A DNA stretch of 63,939 bases, filler included, from Catajapyx aquilonaris (Eukaryota): assembly GCA_000934665.2 (NCBI GenBank). It is 4 parts of 4 records of this genome, joined end to end, with 100 filler letters (N's around TTAATTAATTAA, not from the genome) between each part and the next. Parts side by side here need not be neighbours in the genome. Positions count along the whole stretch, not along the records: positions 1 to 16,071 come from JYFJ02007306.1; positions 16,172 to 32,242 come from JYFJ02007307.1; 2 more parts are not named here. The stretch is one strand, 5' to 3'. The first letter of the stretch is position 1, and every line of letters starts with the position of its first letter. The translations under genes were made by a program, and so were the position numbers. This document shows, piece after piece, positions 11,850 through 24,537 of this stretch. The notes beneath the pieces were generated by a model. It did no database searches. It saw only the letters and a list, made by a program, of their open reading frames with translations, and had not been told where the DNA came from.

Positions 11850-12142
11850 CCCCCGCCTCCAGTGACTTTCAACTGTTCGAATATACTTTAAAAAGTCCCT
11901 TCGCCGATGCCATTTCGAGGACATTGTTGACTGTGAAGAGTTGTCCGGGAGTCGGTGCGCCGCACCACCAAAAAGTGGTTCCTGGAGAGCCTGGAGAGGT
12001 TGACACACCCATGGTGCCAGTGCATTCGGCTCCAGGAGGATTCTATCTACTGTATAATGTGTGCCTATTTGCTGACCTGCATGGGCGCTGTGTCTGTGGC
12101 AAAAAAAAAAACATATTGTAAATCATCTTGGTACCGCCCTCG
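11850..12142 (+). mobile_element. Decayed mariner transposase 3' end with right TIR
   Basis: Frameshifted APASSDFQLFEYTLK / RRCHFEDI / KKWFLESLERLTHPWCQCIRLQEDS matches the mariner pattern DLAPSDFxLF...FFxxGIxxLxxRWxKCIxxxGDY; ends GGTACCGCCCTCG|ta. Confidence 0.75.
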
Positions 12143-13680
12143 TATACTAAGCAGTTTCTTGGGGGCGGCAGTGGATATAAGGGGTGTTTATGTTGTGCGT
12201 TTTATAGAGGGTATAGAATAGTATTAGTCAATAACAAGGGACAATAGTAAAGTGCACGTAACAATATATTATTAGCATGTCGTTTCGAATGTCACGCGGC
12301 TTTTCTATGGTTCACCTGTCCTGAACCGGGGNAAGAGTGAGAGTTTGGAGAGACCAAAAGTAGTCAGCGCCACTCCATTAGGAGTGGGAGATGGTTGCGG
12401 CTTCTCCGCCCTGTTTTGCTCACTGCCATTACTCCCCTCTATTAGGGGGACCCCCAATTGTCAGTGGGAAGGCCCGCCCCGATTAATCTCGCTGGGGGAT
12501 ACGGGACAGTTAGGAACTGGGGTGGGGTAGTTAGTAGGGGCGAGTGGGGAAGGCATTTCCAGACCATTCTCGGATTCTGTCGCGAAAAAGGTGGACCTGG
12601 CTCGACCTTAGGGCAGTGTCTGGGCAAAGATGGCAAAAATTCAACAACAATCGCATCAATATGGCAAAAAATCGAAATTGCTGTCTATCTATTTTTATTG
12701 CCATTTTTGCCAGTGGTACTCCTATGGCGAATATAAATTTCTTGCCAAATTCCAACCCGCTTTCCCNNNNNNNNNCCCCCCCCCCCCCACTCCCTCTCCC
12801 CACCCGTCAAACCTTCCTCCCAGTACTGTTGCCGATTAGACTCTTTCTTTCCTCTTAATTACCCACGCCAGCTCATAATGGCGTTGATTAAAACTTCCCC
12901 GGACAAATGACGGGAATCCTTCTCCTCCTGTGCCAAAATGAGCGAAATTAGCACCAGATTAAACTTTTCCTTCCCTAATTAGCTCCAGATCAAAGTAATG
13001 TCCAGGGAGCGATTAAGCGATTTAACGTTAATTAAAAGTGTAGCACTTAACTGGAGATAAATGGGCGGCCGGGGAGCGGCTCGGCGAGAGGGTAGGAGGG
13101 AGGGAAAGAGGGGGGTGGAGAGGGAGGGCACCCCCTCCCCATTTCCTACCTAGCTGGGTTGCTCTGAAAAAGGTCTCTTTCTCCCTCCCTCTCACCCTCC
13201 TTCCCTCTCACCCTCAATATCCGGTGCACGATTGGCCAATAATTGGAAAATGTCAGGTGTTTTATATAATTTTATCATATATTTTGTCTGCCGCCTCAAT
13301 CACATTTACTTCGATTACAGTAATAACGATTGAGCATTGTCAAATTGGATCATTTGTTCGCATCTGTTGAATATCTTTTGCATAAAAGTTAATTTAGTTG
13401 CACATTTATAATGTACTGTACAGTGTTATTGAGCAATAGGATCTGTTTATTCGCGGACATATTCGTGCGGAATATATACATTAAGTATACGATGTCACGT
13501 TGTAATTGGCTGGATGTGTAATATCAGAATTAGTTAAATACTGTTGCTGCAGCCACAGTATATTTTGGTGATTTCGCCTTTATTACTGATGGAATCTCAT
13601 GTTAATTTTAGTTTCATCACACACGGAGTATTGAGGGGTCATCCTGATTGTCAGGCAACCCCATGAACATCCTTGCTGCA

Positions 13681-13758
13681 TGGGTCGTCTGACGCGTAGG
13701 ATCCTACGCGTCAGACGACCCACACACATAGTTTATAGTACTATAAACTATGTGTGTG
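13681..13758. repeat. Two abutting perfect loop-less palindromes (42 bp and 38 bp)
   Basis: TGGGTCGTCTGACGCGTAGGA|TCCTACGCGTCAGACGACCCA and CACACACATAGTTTATAGT|ACTATAAACTATGTGTGTG. Confidence 0.95.
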
Positions 13759-14210
13759 ACGAATCTTACTATAACATGCGTTTATCTCCGTAATGAATCC
13801 AAAATTGCCAAAATCAACTTGCGAAATTTTTCCTTGGAATAAAATAATGTGGCGTAGGTATGAAAGGAAGCACGCATATTTTGCATCTCCATGCATACTG
13901 AAGAAGAGGAGCCGCTAATTCTTCCAATGATATTCTCATGACTATGTGACATATGATCGGCTATCCTATTTATTTCAAAATGAATAATAATAATCCACCA
14001 GAAATATGTTTTACCTGCAGGTGCAAGTCAATTAATGGAAATAGTTTGATTTATTTAAATGAAGACTGTAAGGGTCTGTAAACGGCGTGTTTGGCATCGG
14101 GGATGTTAATTTAAAATGGTGAATGAAAAAAACATGTTTGGACAGCTCGGAGACAAAACCAAAAAGAAGGCGACTTTTTAAATGGTTGTGTAGCCAAAAT
14201 TAACTAGTGT

Positions 14211-14294
14211 AATTGAATCACTTTTTATAAGAAGGGAACAAGTCCAATTTAAGGTTTTTGGACTTGTTCCCTTCTTATAAAAAGTGATTCAATT
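14211..14294. repeat. Perfect inverted repeat, 37-bp arms, 10-nt loop
   Basis: AATTGAATCACTTTTTATAAGAAGGGAACAAGTCCAA ... TTGGACTTGTTCCCTTCTTATAAAAAGTGATTCAATT. Confidence 0.95.
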
Positions 14295-14447
14295 TCATCT
14301 GGAAATATTGCCGAAATGATCCGGTATTCAGGTCCGTGAGAAAGTGAGGGACGTTTGCACCATCTTTTATACCCTTCCAAGTGTAGGCCTCTTATCCTTC
14401 GACTTTCCACGTACTGTATAACGTTTTACTCCTATTCCCTCACACCC

Positions 14448-14625
14448 TAGCCTAGTGGTTAGGTGTAGCGGCTACCATTCGGGAGGTCCTAGGTTCGAAC
14501 CCCCATGCCGACCATCCTGGCTCAGAACCTTCAGTGTGTTTCTCCCGGTGGCTTCCAAGATATGTTTCAAGAGTGGGTTTCCTTAATAGAATGGCCAGTG
14601 TCCTTCCTTACCTGCTTCCTCCTTC
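14448..14625 (+). mobile_element. Old tRNA-derived SINE related to family A
   Basis: TAGCCTAGTGGTTAGG (A box), GGGAGGTCCTAGGTTCGAACCC (B box), diverged body. Confidence 0.6.
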
Positions 14626-15890
14626 GTTGGTCACTACAGTATATGGTGTGTGACAAAGCTATCTTGTGGGTCATAATAACTAACTATGCAGCAACAAACC
14701 AACCAATATCTGTATTCCTTCAAATGTGCATTCGTCCCTCTCCTGATTCCAACAAAATTCGCATGCCAAATAAAGGTTCTTTCCTATATGACTAATATCA
14801 GCACCAATGTAAACTCTCCATTTGCAGCATCAGTGTACTTTTTGCGAGGCCCAGTCCTCGATACACCACCAACTACACCCAACTCGGGACCTGTTATTCG
14901 TTTACCCTGCTTTTAACCCCGGTAATTTGTTCCTGGCAAGAAAAGAAAAGAAGAAAAAAAAAAATCCCTTCAAACATTCCTCCCACCCCCACCTCCAGCG
15001 CGGTTTGGAAAAGGTGAAAAGCGTGGGTAGCAACATATTTGTTTCAGGGAGGACTGAGTGCGTGGTAGGGGTGGTTATAGTAGAGAAGAAAGGGGAAAAT
15101 GGTGTGGGCCTTTCCTAATGAGCGGCCGGGCTGCCTAATTTGTGGCCGGGTGACACGTACACGTCGCCCTGATTTCCCAGCGGGCCTCCCCCTTCGCCAT
15201 TCTCATCTGCAGGCTGCAGATGACTCGCCTAATTAGCCAAGGGTTCTGCTAGCTGTTCTTCCCTCAGCCTGAGAGGGAAACCAGAGTAAAGCGGTGTTCT
15301 CACAATCGAAATAGTTTTTATTGTCCTGCAAACTAATATTGTCCAGTATTGGATATTGCTGGTTTGACAAGTCTGCCCGGCAAGGGAGAAGGGAAAGTGG
15401 GATGTGTTCAAGTCACTGCATTGCATTGGGGTAGGTTGTCATATACTGTATATATTTTTTCTTTGCTATTTTGATAAGGGCGATTCAAAATAATTTTTTC
15501 CGCCCTCAAAGCAATTACAGTATACTACCAATACCGTGGCGGATGGTAAATTTTGCTGCAGCACATCGAACTATTGGGTCCCAAAAGTCAGTTATGTATC
15601 AGTAAAAATTTGTGTACACTCTTTGTTTTTGGTTAGGTCACCTGTATACGTACGCGTATATGCGTGGATTTTGTGTGTGTGCCCTTATTAGTCAACTACA
15701 TTTAAAAGCGTGCAGTGAAATTTTTTGAATTGCACATGAAATTGGTAACGGAATAATTTAAATAGGCTAAATCCTTGTTGCTCCTAACATGAAGATTTTT
15801 AAAAACGCAACCAAGTGCAAATCACATTGATGACCTGCATTTTGCTATCGGGATTGTTGCTTCTCTTCAAATAGTTGCATTAATTTAATG

Positions 15891-15977
15891 TTAATGAACT
15901 CATATATTTAATTTTAATGAACTCATATATTTAATTTTAATGAACGCATATGTTTAATTTTAATGAACGCATATTAA
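15891..15977. repeat. 23-bp tandem repeat, ~3.7 copies
   Basis: Unit TTAATGAACTCATATATTTAATT starting at 15891, 15914, 15937 and 15960. Confidence 0.9.
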
Positions 15978-16071
15978 GGTGGAAATGAAGCTAGAGTCAC
16001 TCAATGAGAATGTTATGAAAAAAACATATGTTACGCAGTTTTGTGTCCTCTTATCAATGGCGCAAAGAAAA

Positions 16072-16171
16072 NNNNNNNNNNNNNNNNNNNNNNNNNNNNN
16101 NNNNNNNNNNNNNNNTTAATTAATTAANNNNNNNNNNNNNNNNNNNNNNNNNNNNNNNNNNNNNNNNNNNN
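16072..16171. other. Artificial contig linker
   Basis: 44 N + TTAATTAATTAA (stops in all six frames) + 44 N. Confidence 0.97.
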
Positions 16172-16265
16172 TCGCCCAAATCACCTGCACCTGGCACACT
16201 GATTGGCGGGAGAAAAAGTCGCGGACGATTCCATAACAGTCCGACAATCTTTTTGACCGTGATAG
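16172..16265. mobile_element. End of a Tc1-like element at contig start
   Basis: Ends TTTTGACCGTGATAG|TA, 94 bp from the contig edge. Confidence 0.45.
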
Positions 16266-16728
16266 TACATTACTGCCGAGTGTACAGTGTAGGTAAGTGT
16301 ACAATCATACAGGCACTGAACGGGATTCGGTGTTGTAATTTATTCATTAATCAAATGCATACTGTATTCATGATTACTTTAAAAGGTTCTCCTTCGCACC
16401 GAACCGAAACATACGTCACGATAATAATTTTATTTAAGGTACTGTATTAGGCAATTAGCAATTGTTGTGATGCTACCATCTACAGACCAGTAGCCTCAGG
16501 CTATGAAGAAGGTACGGTTTCTCAGTTAAATTTGATGCTAAATAATCACGAGAATATTACTGTTGGGTGCTGTACTAGCTGAATAGTACTACTATAAGGA
16601 TGAAAGTAGGCTATATGCTCTATTCCGTGGTATGTTCTGTTCCACTTCCCCTCCTTCCCTCCCTNNNCCCCCCCCCCCCCCGAGTTGATATATTTTTCGG
16701 ATACTGGCGCATTTTAGGACCTGTAATT

Positions 16729-16978
16729 GGACGGTGTTATGCAATAATGAGTCAACCCTCATGAGACCAGTTTTGAGAAAAGGGCTTTGAAGGTCATACC
16801 TGGGAAATTAATTAAGTGTTCTTTTCGGTCATTTATGGCAGAAGTATGCAAATTTCACCAGCATGATTTTAACTGAATGAAGTTGGATCCTTTAGGTATA
16901 CAGTATAATTATGTTCCTAGGCTTAGCTAAATTTTGGCATTTTTTTGTGGGTTGACCCATTATTGCATAACACCGTCC
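16729..16978. mobile_element. MITE with AATT flanks (Sola1-like)
   Basis: AATT|GGACGGTGTTATGCAATAATGAGTCAACCC ... GGGTTGACCCATTATTGCATAACACCGTCC|AATT; superfamily inferred from the AWWT target. Confidence 0.75.
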
Positions 16979-17249
16979 AATTTAAATTCAGTAATTTAGT
17001 GTTGCAACATTGTGGTCATCCTATTGCCCCCTTGTGGTTTGAGGGATGACTCATTAGATGCAGTAACTCTCATGCTGGAATAGCCTATTTATTTGACGCC
17101 TAATTCTGTTGTGCAGCATTGTTCACACTGGCATTTTTTTCTATTATCAGCATTGATGTAGTACAATACGATCATACATTTGATGTAATACATATAGCTC
17201 GTACATACGTATACTACAAGAAATCGCGGTTTAATAGTATTCAGTTATA

Positions 17250-17456
17250 CAGGGTGGTCGAAGTTCAAGTGTCGTTTTATAACGGCGATTAATAGAAGCG
17301 CTTAACGATGACGTAGCAGCGACGTGTAAAATTGCCCACTTCGATTGCGCCGAAGATGCGCCGAAGTGGGACATTTTACGCGTCGCTGCTACGTCATCGC
17401 AAAATCACTGCTATTAATCGCCGTTATAAAACGACACTTGAACTTGGACCACCCTG
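17250..17456. mobile_element. Tc1/mariner-type MITE, internally deleted copy of the 1810-2193 family
   Basis: Same TIRs and arm sequence, central ~180 bp missing. Confidence 0.85.
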
Positions 17457-17716
17457 CATAACTTTCATTTGTACCAAAATTATAATGTACCTTATACTAA
17501 AGGGTTTTGGTATCCGGATTTCAATTATTGTTAACTTACAGTATTATGCTTATTTGCAAATCTCTCTATTTTATTAACTAAAGTAGTTAATGGTACCGCT
17601 AGTACTCAGGAGAATGGGTGGATACTTAATTGCCATGTCATTATTAGATGATAATAATTGTGTAACCATACATCCTTCATGGACAGTACATGGGCAGGTA
17701 TCGTACATGTAGCCTA

Positions 17717-17850
17717 CTATCGGGCTTTTGGCCACTTTATCCTGGTCTTGAAGCAACCCTTCACACACACACACCTCCTACACGTGGGGTATGTGCGAAG
17801 AGTTGCTTCAAGACCAGGATAAGGTGGCCAAAAGGATTTGAACCCGATAG
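17717..17850. mobile_element. TA-flanked hairpin MITE (CTATCGGG family)
   Basis: Arms TTTTGGCCACTTTATCCTGGTCTTGAAGCAACCCTTC / GAAGAGTTGCTTCAAGACCAGGATAAGGTGGCCAAAA; second copy at 21558-22255. Confidence 0.8.
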
Positions 17851-19392
17851 TACAGTTCTCTGTGTAGAATCTTTGTTTAGCACATGCATTGCTAAATATT
17901 TTGTCAGTAAGCTTACGGCATGAAAATAACACAAAATGATAATAACTTATGTATTGTCACATAAATAATAATGTAAGTAATTCAAACTTGATTCCTCCTG
18001 CACACTCAGCTTTTTGTCTCAGTATTTCCACGCTGTATCATTTTATTGACCCAGTACTTTATATTTTAAAATTTATTTTGTAACCCTTGCATGTTCTATT
18101 ACAGTCCCATTTGCCGGAGGGCACATCTCCTATACTTAATAATGCAAAAGCCATTAACCATTGCTTTGTTAACATATTCAGTTTATGGTCCGGTCCTCTT
18201 TGGACATGTCTCTCACCATTATTACGCCTCTCTGACTGCTGGATAACTCCATAATTATATCTCAGTGTTACTGACTCATTCTCAGCTGGAAAGCTAATTG
18301 TATTCATCTAAAATTAATTATCTATTGTGAAGACTTACACTCATTGTATGGACACAACCGACCTATGGAACGCCTGGTTAATGGTAGGGTATACCGTATA
18401 CTCCCTCTGTAGCGAGTAAAAAATAGCAAAAAATAAATTACCATACTGAATGTGCATAAGAAAAAAAGTGACAGTTGAAATATAGCTCGTGTTCTGCCTA
18501 GCTAGGCTGGAAAGTCTGTGAGATAGTGATTGGGCAGGTCAAAAAGTGGTAGATGTTGGTAACGAGACATGTTGATTAATGGGAACTGTTGTGTTAAAAA
18601 TGCAGCAGATTGCCTCCTCTCTATTTAGCAGCTCTATCTCGCTGACAAGGGTTAACTTTGACCTGCCTTTCGGCAGTAACCCTGTGGTATAGCCTAATCT
18701 ATAGCTCATGAAGAAGAAACAATTTGTAGTCAGCTACAGGATGTTTCTATGTTTAAAATTCCTGGAAGGGCTTCCCGACTTTGCTTCTTTGAGGACAACA
18801 ACCTGAATGCATTGGGTTCAAGTGAAAAGTTAGGTCTCTGCCCCGTTCTCATTAATTAACTCCGCAACCTCAGCCAGCATTTCCTGGCAGGGGAATTTCA
18901 AGCCCAAAGTTCAAAGAGATGCCTCCTTTGATGTGCAGCCTATGGAAGGTGTCCAAAATTGGGCATTGCCCGGAATATTATACTAATTCAAAGAAATTGA
19001 GTAACAACTGTACTCAGCTCAAATCAGAGTTAACGTGGATTCAAAATATTGTGACCTTGATATTGAAAGGTCTAAAGTCAAGTTCGGTATTTTGTCGGTT
19101 GTGGTTTGCATACCAAGTTTATGAGCCCACAGTCTTCGACCAACTATCCATCCGTGTGGTTACTCATCTTGTTGCCTTGGGCCAGTGTGACGTAACAAAG
19201 GGTTGGTAGGAGGGGTATTCACCCGAAATGTTCATTATGAGAAAATGGGTGCTGGTGGAATGTAAAGATGTGACCAATTATTAAAGGGCCTCTAATGTTA
19301 GAGAGGTTGAACTTGGAATCGATTCAAAATTAGAATTAATTCATAGATAGGAATGGAATTTACTGAGGTTGAATTCATTCAATTATTGAATA

Positions 19393-19705
19393 CTAGCTGC
19401 GGCACCGGGCGTTGCCCGGGAAGAAATGAATGAAGGGAAAGCACCTGCCAGTAGCCCCGTCAACTGTCAGTCTTTCTGTCTGTCCGCCCACCAATGCCAT
19501 CTGTGGTCCTGCTACTCCAATACCTTCAACCTCTCCAGCCTGTATAACGGCAACAGTCATTTGCCTGCCATCTGTAGTCAACCCCCAACACCTCCATCCT
19601 CTCCCGGCCTGGGGGTGGAGCACAGATGGCAGGCAAATGACGGTTGGCAGGCGGACAGACAGACAGAGAGACAGACTCACAAACTGCTTTATTTATATAG
19701 ATAGA
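19393..19705 (-). mobile_element. Non-autonomous Helitron
   Basis: Minus strand A|TCTATCTATATAAATAAA...(GTCT)n...CCCGGGCAACGCCCGG hairpin...CTAG|T: 5'-TC start, 3' GC-rich hairpin plus CTAG, inserted between A and T with no TSD. Confidence 0.85.
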
Positions 19706-20956
19706 TGGAATCAAATGAGAAGTTTGAAACACAATAAATTGCTGGACTTGCTAGCCTTGATAGATCAGGTGTAACGGGGCGCTCTGTGACTGCCACAACT
19801 TTCATGTCGCCATTACAGGCCAATTTTATGTTTTATAGTCCACATCAATCAATTCAGCTGAAGTTATTCGTTTCAATTATACGCGCCACATTTGCAAGTT
19901 ATTTAGCAAGCAATCCTATCCTGTAGGTGGTAAGCCTATTCTCGTAGATTATGCCGCTTGTTTTTTTTTTGTAATAGGTGAACTGCTATTTATCTCCTTT
20001 TTGTGTCGTATGGTGGTAAGGATGTACGGTATCAGACCAGTATGGTATTCGTGCTTATTTCGACCAAAATGCCCAAGCCGAGCTATAAAGCACTACAAAA
20101 AAAAACCTATGGTGGTTTTGGTCCCCCTTGTGAGCGGTTGGAGCTTCTGGTACGGAACCTTTATTGGCTTATGAACAGTCCATAACTCACTTTTTCTCGT
20201 AATGCTCGGGCAAAACGGTGGTCATTTTGGCTTGATTTGAGACTCCAGATGAAAATCAAGATTCTCAACCATGTGCTAGACTGGAAACTTGTCATGTCTA
20301 ATATTTCTACAAGCTTGGATGTCCCATTGAGTGCTGGGTTTATTTCTTGCAATGATAATTTGGAAAAAGGTGGCTATACAGAGACGTACAAAAATAGGCG
20401 TGCTTTCTTTTCGAGGCTGAAATATTTCCGGACAAAATTACCCAGGTTGATTTTGGTGATTTCCTTGGAATACCGGGAGATATCGGTAGCCGTCGCTATA
20501 CTGTACAGTACCCAAAGTCACACTTGAAAACTTGTGGCTTCAGTTGCCTCCGCTCCTGTAATACAAAACCAACCTGTAACTAGCTGTCTCATGTTTTAGC
20601 TCTTGGCAGGATATTGGCATCCTGGTAGTTAGATTCCGTACATGCCTCTAAACAACCTCAATTAACGTATATCTCGTTAAGCATTCTGGGTACTTTGCCA
20701 TTTCAGTAGCCCAATATTGCTGGCTTATTTTATGTTAAAGAAACTTCTCCTGGATAATTTGCTAGTTCGTTACAGTATGTGCAGCTAGCCTAATGTGATT
20801 ATTTTGTTAGGAACTAATAACTATTTAATGGAAACTGAATCCTAATAGCAGACTGATTTTCTATAGTGCATCATTTTGAGTAGTTTTATTTGAACATTTC
20901 CATAGCGACATATCCTATTTCAACTTTCCTCATAACAATTTTTTTTTTCTTCAATA

Positions 20957-21392
20957 CAGGGTGTTCATGAATAACACCGACAAACCTATACCACCTCCTA
21001 CCTAGGCATCAGAGGATCACATTATGTAAAGGAGTGATTATGCCTGGGCCGCCTCATTACCGCGCAAATTGCCTTCAAACAGGTAGTATAAAATATCCTG
21101 GAAGTTAGGCCACCCAACGAACCCTTCCCCAGTCAGAAGTGTCTGGAAGGCCTGGGGGCCGGACTTTGTTGGTTTGTTGCCCACAGGTGGTAAGGCCTCT
21201 ATGGCTAGTTACACCTGTAAATTCTATTTAAAAGTCAGAAGGAGCGATTAGGCAAAAATCGCTAATCAGCAACGAGTCAATTATCTCAGTAATGAGGCGG
21301 TCCCGGCATAATCACTCCTCTACATAATGTGATCCTCTGGTGCCTAGGTAGGGGGTGGCATAGGTTTGTCGGTGTTGTTCGTGAACACCCTG
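20957..21392. mobile_element. Tc1/mariner-type MITE with ~100-bp TIRs
   Basis: ta|CAGGGTGTTCATGAATAACACCGACAAACCTAT ... ATAGGTTTGTCGGTGTTGTTCGTGAACACCCTG|ta. Confidence 0.9.
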
Positions 21393-21557
21393 TATAAGAG
21401 CGTACACATCAAGAAGTAGTTGTGCCTATTTTTAATGTGTCCTGATGCGTATGAGCAGGGATTATTATTCAGCTCATACCAAAATGGCGACTGTTGTTGG
21501 TTAATTACGTCAAAAAAACTGGTTGTCTCTCCCCAACAAAAACCCATATAGCAAGTA

Positions 21558-22255
21558 CTATGGGGCTCAAATTGTTTGGACAACTTGATCCTTGTCTTGA
21601 AGCAACCCTTCGCGCATGCCCCACGTTGAGAAGGTGTGTTCAGGTCTCGCATAGGGTCTGGGGACCAAGGTTGGTGTTTTGACTGTAGCTCTGGGGACAT
21701 GCTCCAAATTGTGGGGACATTTCGCGTCCCCACAGCAAAAAAGCATGGTGGGATACTGCTTCAGTGGGGACATGTCCCCACAATTCCGTTATGTAGGGTT
21801 TTGCAAAAGTCCATTTTTCTCAGCCTAGGATAGGTAGGGTAGGGTAGGTTAGGTATGGTTAGGTTAGGTTAGATCAGTTTACACTCGCTTCGAAAATGTG
21901 TGTTTTTCTTGCTCCCACAGCCTATGGGGCGCAGGAATGTGGGCGCGTATTGCTATCCTTGTGAGGAAATTTTTACGCGTTTTTCCTATCCTTGTGAGGA
22001 ATTTTGTCATTACGAGGTAGTTTTCCTGCACCTCATAGTGAACACACAACTCACAAGGATAGGGAAAATCGAAAAAATACCTCATAAAGACAGTAAAATA
22101 TATTTCACCAAAATTTCGTGTGTTTCCTTGTAGGTTAGGTTAGGTTAGTTTTAAATTTGGGAAAAACCTCACAAGGATAGGAATGCGCGCCTGTGTGTGT
22201 GTGAAGAGTTGCGTCAAGACCAGGATAAAGTGGTCAAAACAATTTGAGCCCCATA
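21558..22255. mobile_element. Copy of the 17717 MITE carrying ~550 bp of nested TTAGG-containing elements
   Basis: Left arm 21558-21640, right arm 22192-22255; inner element 21942-22191 has 25-bp TIRs GGCGCG(T/C)ATT(G/C)CTATCCTTGTGAGG. Confidence 0.75.
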
Positions 22256-24537
22256 TACCTTAACAAGAACTACAAGTGACAAAAATATGATTCCAGCTAT
22301 ACTACATGCTACAGCCTATAATGATTACGTGTGTCCTTCGCCCAATAGAATCGCACCTCTATGTATGGGAAAGTGGAGACAGACTTCGGCCGGAACAAGA
22401 ATGAACATGCTCTGGGCCGGTCAAAGAGATCCAGTGGGCCTGATTCTTCACTACCTCATTATTTTGGTGCCACCTCTGCAAAAGGTCCCAGCTGAAATCC
22501 TATGAGATTTTTCTCCCTGCCCCCCCCCCCCCCCACCACCCCTNTTTCTTTGCCTGTAGGCCTATCTTTAGTTTGCTTTGTCTAGTGACGCCACTAATCT
22601 AATTTACTCTCTCTTTTCAGGTTACGGTGTCATGCGGTCACAATCCTGAAGGACTATCAAAATGAGGGTACATAAGCTCACAAGATAACATGTAGTAGGC
22701 GTTTATATACGTAGTATTATTGAAAACATGGCAGTTTACTAACAAAGCCGTACTGCAGTGAAATGAATCAAAATATTATGTGATGGACGACTTCACGAAG
22801 CGGTAAATGATGTGCAGTACGATGGCTATCATATACCATATAAGGCTAGACCAGTAGCTCTATCCTAGTATCATTCTGTATGTTTTGTGACGTAATTATT
22901 GGCGCCTGCAGTATTTTTTACGTACTAGTCCATTCCCCAATCAGCTGTTGGTGTTCTGGCAGACGGAAATGTAGTTGAGTAGTTCAGGCCGTATTGTAGA
23001 AGCAGATTCTCCTATGATCGTAATGAAAACCAGGACCTTTCGTTGGTGAGTACTGTAGAATGGCCGATTACCTGAGCCACTTTGCCAGGTATGGGCAACA
23101 GATGTTATATACGTAACTCCATATCTGTTTTTTTAAAAAAGCTGAGCCACTCACTCATAATATTTTGCATATAGAAACTATGCAGCATGAGTCATGATTA
23201 ATTTAATTTAAAATCATCAGGTGTACGTGTGCTGCATGGCCTTTCAGCGCGGACAATATACTTATGCCACAAATGTGCAGTATAATGCCACGGATGACAA
23301 TGTAGTCTATGTGGCGTTTGTGGCCGGGACTGAACGCCAAGAGGTCAAGTTATGGAGTAATTAAGCGATGTTTCAAATATTTATTTGCAGGTAACAAACA
23401 GCATAAAATGATCGTTTATGTTATTTCCAAATATGAGATTAATAATTGTCACATGATATTTTTCCTCCAAAAAAAATCCGTTCATACTAATTTTTTAAAG
23501 TGTGGATTACTTTGCATCCATAAAGCCCTCGTGTCTGAAATGAATGCAGTATTTAAATGACCGCTGTGGTGACTGACAAAGGTATCTGACATCCACTGCC
23601 TGATCTGATATGAAACGAGCCATGAGTAGTGTGGAGAAAATAATATATATTTAGATGTCATCTTTACGTATGGTTAACCTATGTGTTGTGGATATTCCAT
23701 GGTTATCACATATGTTACTGTGAGTGATGTGGCTGGTCTAGTAAACAAAACTTATTTTACGTAACTAATGGCAAATTAAGCGACTAGTGCTAAAATAGAA
23801 ATCGGTGGCGCATTTGTGACGCAATAGCTGACATTAGCACCTTCACTACCTTGACGCTGTCACGTCATGTACTCTTTTCTGATATAAGGGCTATTCAATT
23901 CTGTAATGAGCTTATATGGAGAGCCCCCACACCCAGCAAGCAAAGTAGATTATGTGGCACGATGTGAGGTAATGTCAGCTATTGTGCTGCAGAAAAGCCA
24001 AAAAAAACTCCTTACACTGCCATTAAATACTATAAAATGAGTTGGTCTCATAGAGAAGTGCTACACCTCCAGTGTTAATTGTACCTATATGTACCAGCAA
24101 AAAGCGTGATTTTATGGATTGTTTCGCCCATTTTATCTGTGGAATAAGCTATGTTTTTGAGGCTGGCTCTGCCTGGAAAAATTGCCGTAAGCATCCGATT
24201 TTATTTAAAAACCAATACCTAAACCCGTGAACAAAAGTGATGTTTGCTTTGAAGCTTCTCATCGCGGAAGTCCATTTCCTGTGAGAGAAACCTGTTGAAT
24301 GAATAACATTTCTGAGGGAAGAAAGAGCAAAATCTATGGAGAAATTTAGTGAATGCAAATCTTACCGTGTAAAAATTGACGGTAACATGGCACAGAGCCA
24401 TTGTGCAAGATAGTTTGGAAGCTACTGAAAATTCTACAATGAAGCTCGTAATAAGGCCTAGTGATAGCTGATTGGACGCTCATACTTGGCCGCTGCTGAC
24501 TTTACCGCCCCATCTACCTGCAGCAAAAATTATTATA

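Noticed and set aside
16116..16127. TTAATTAATTAA as a biological motif
   Set aside because: It always sits centred in exactly 88 Ns, so it is an assembly spacer.
21830..22150. Telomere (TTAGG)n
   Set aside because: Only 3-4 units, internal to small TIR-bounded modules.
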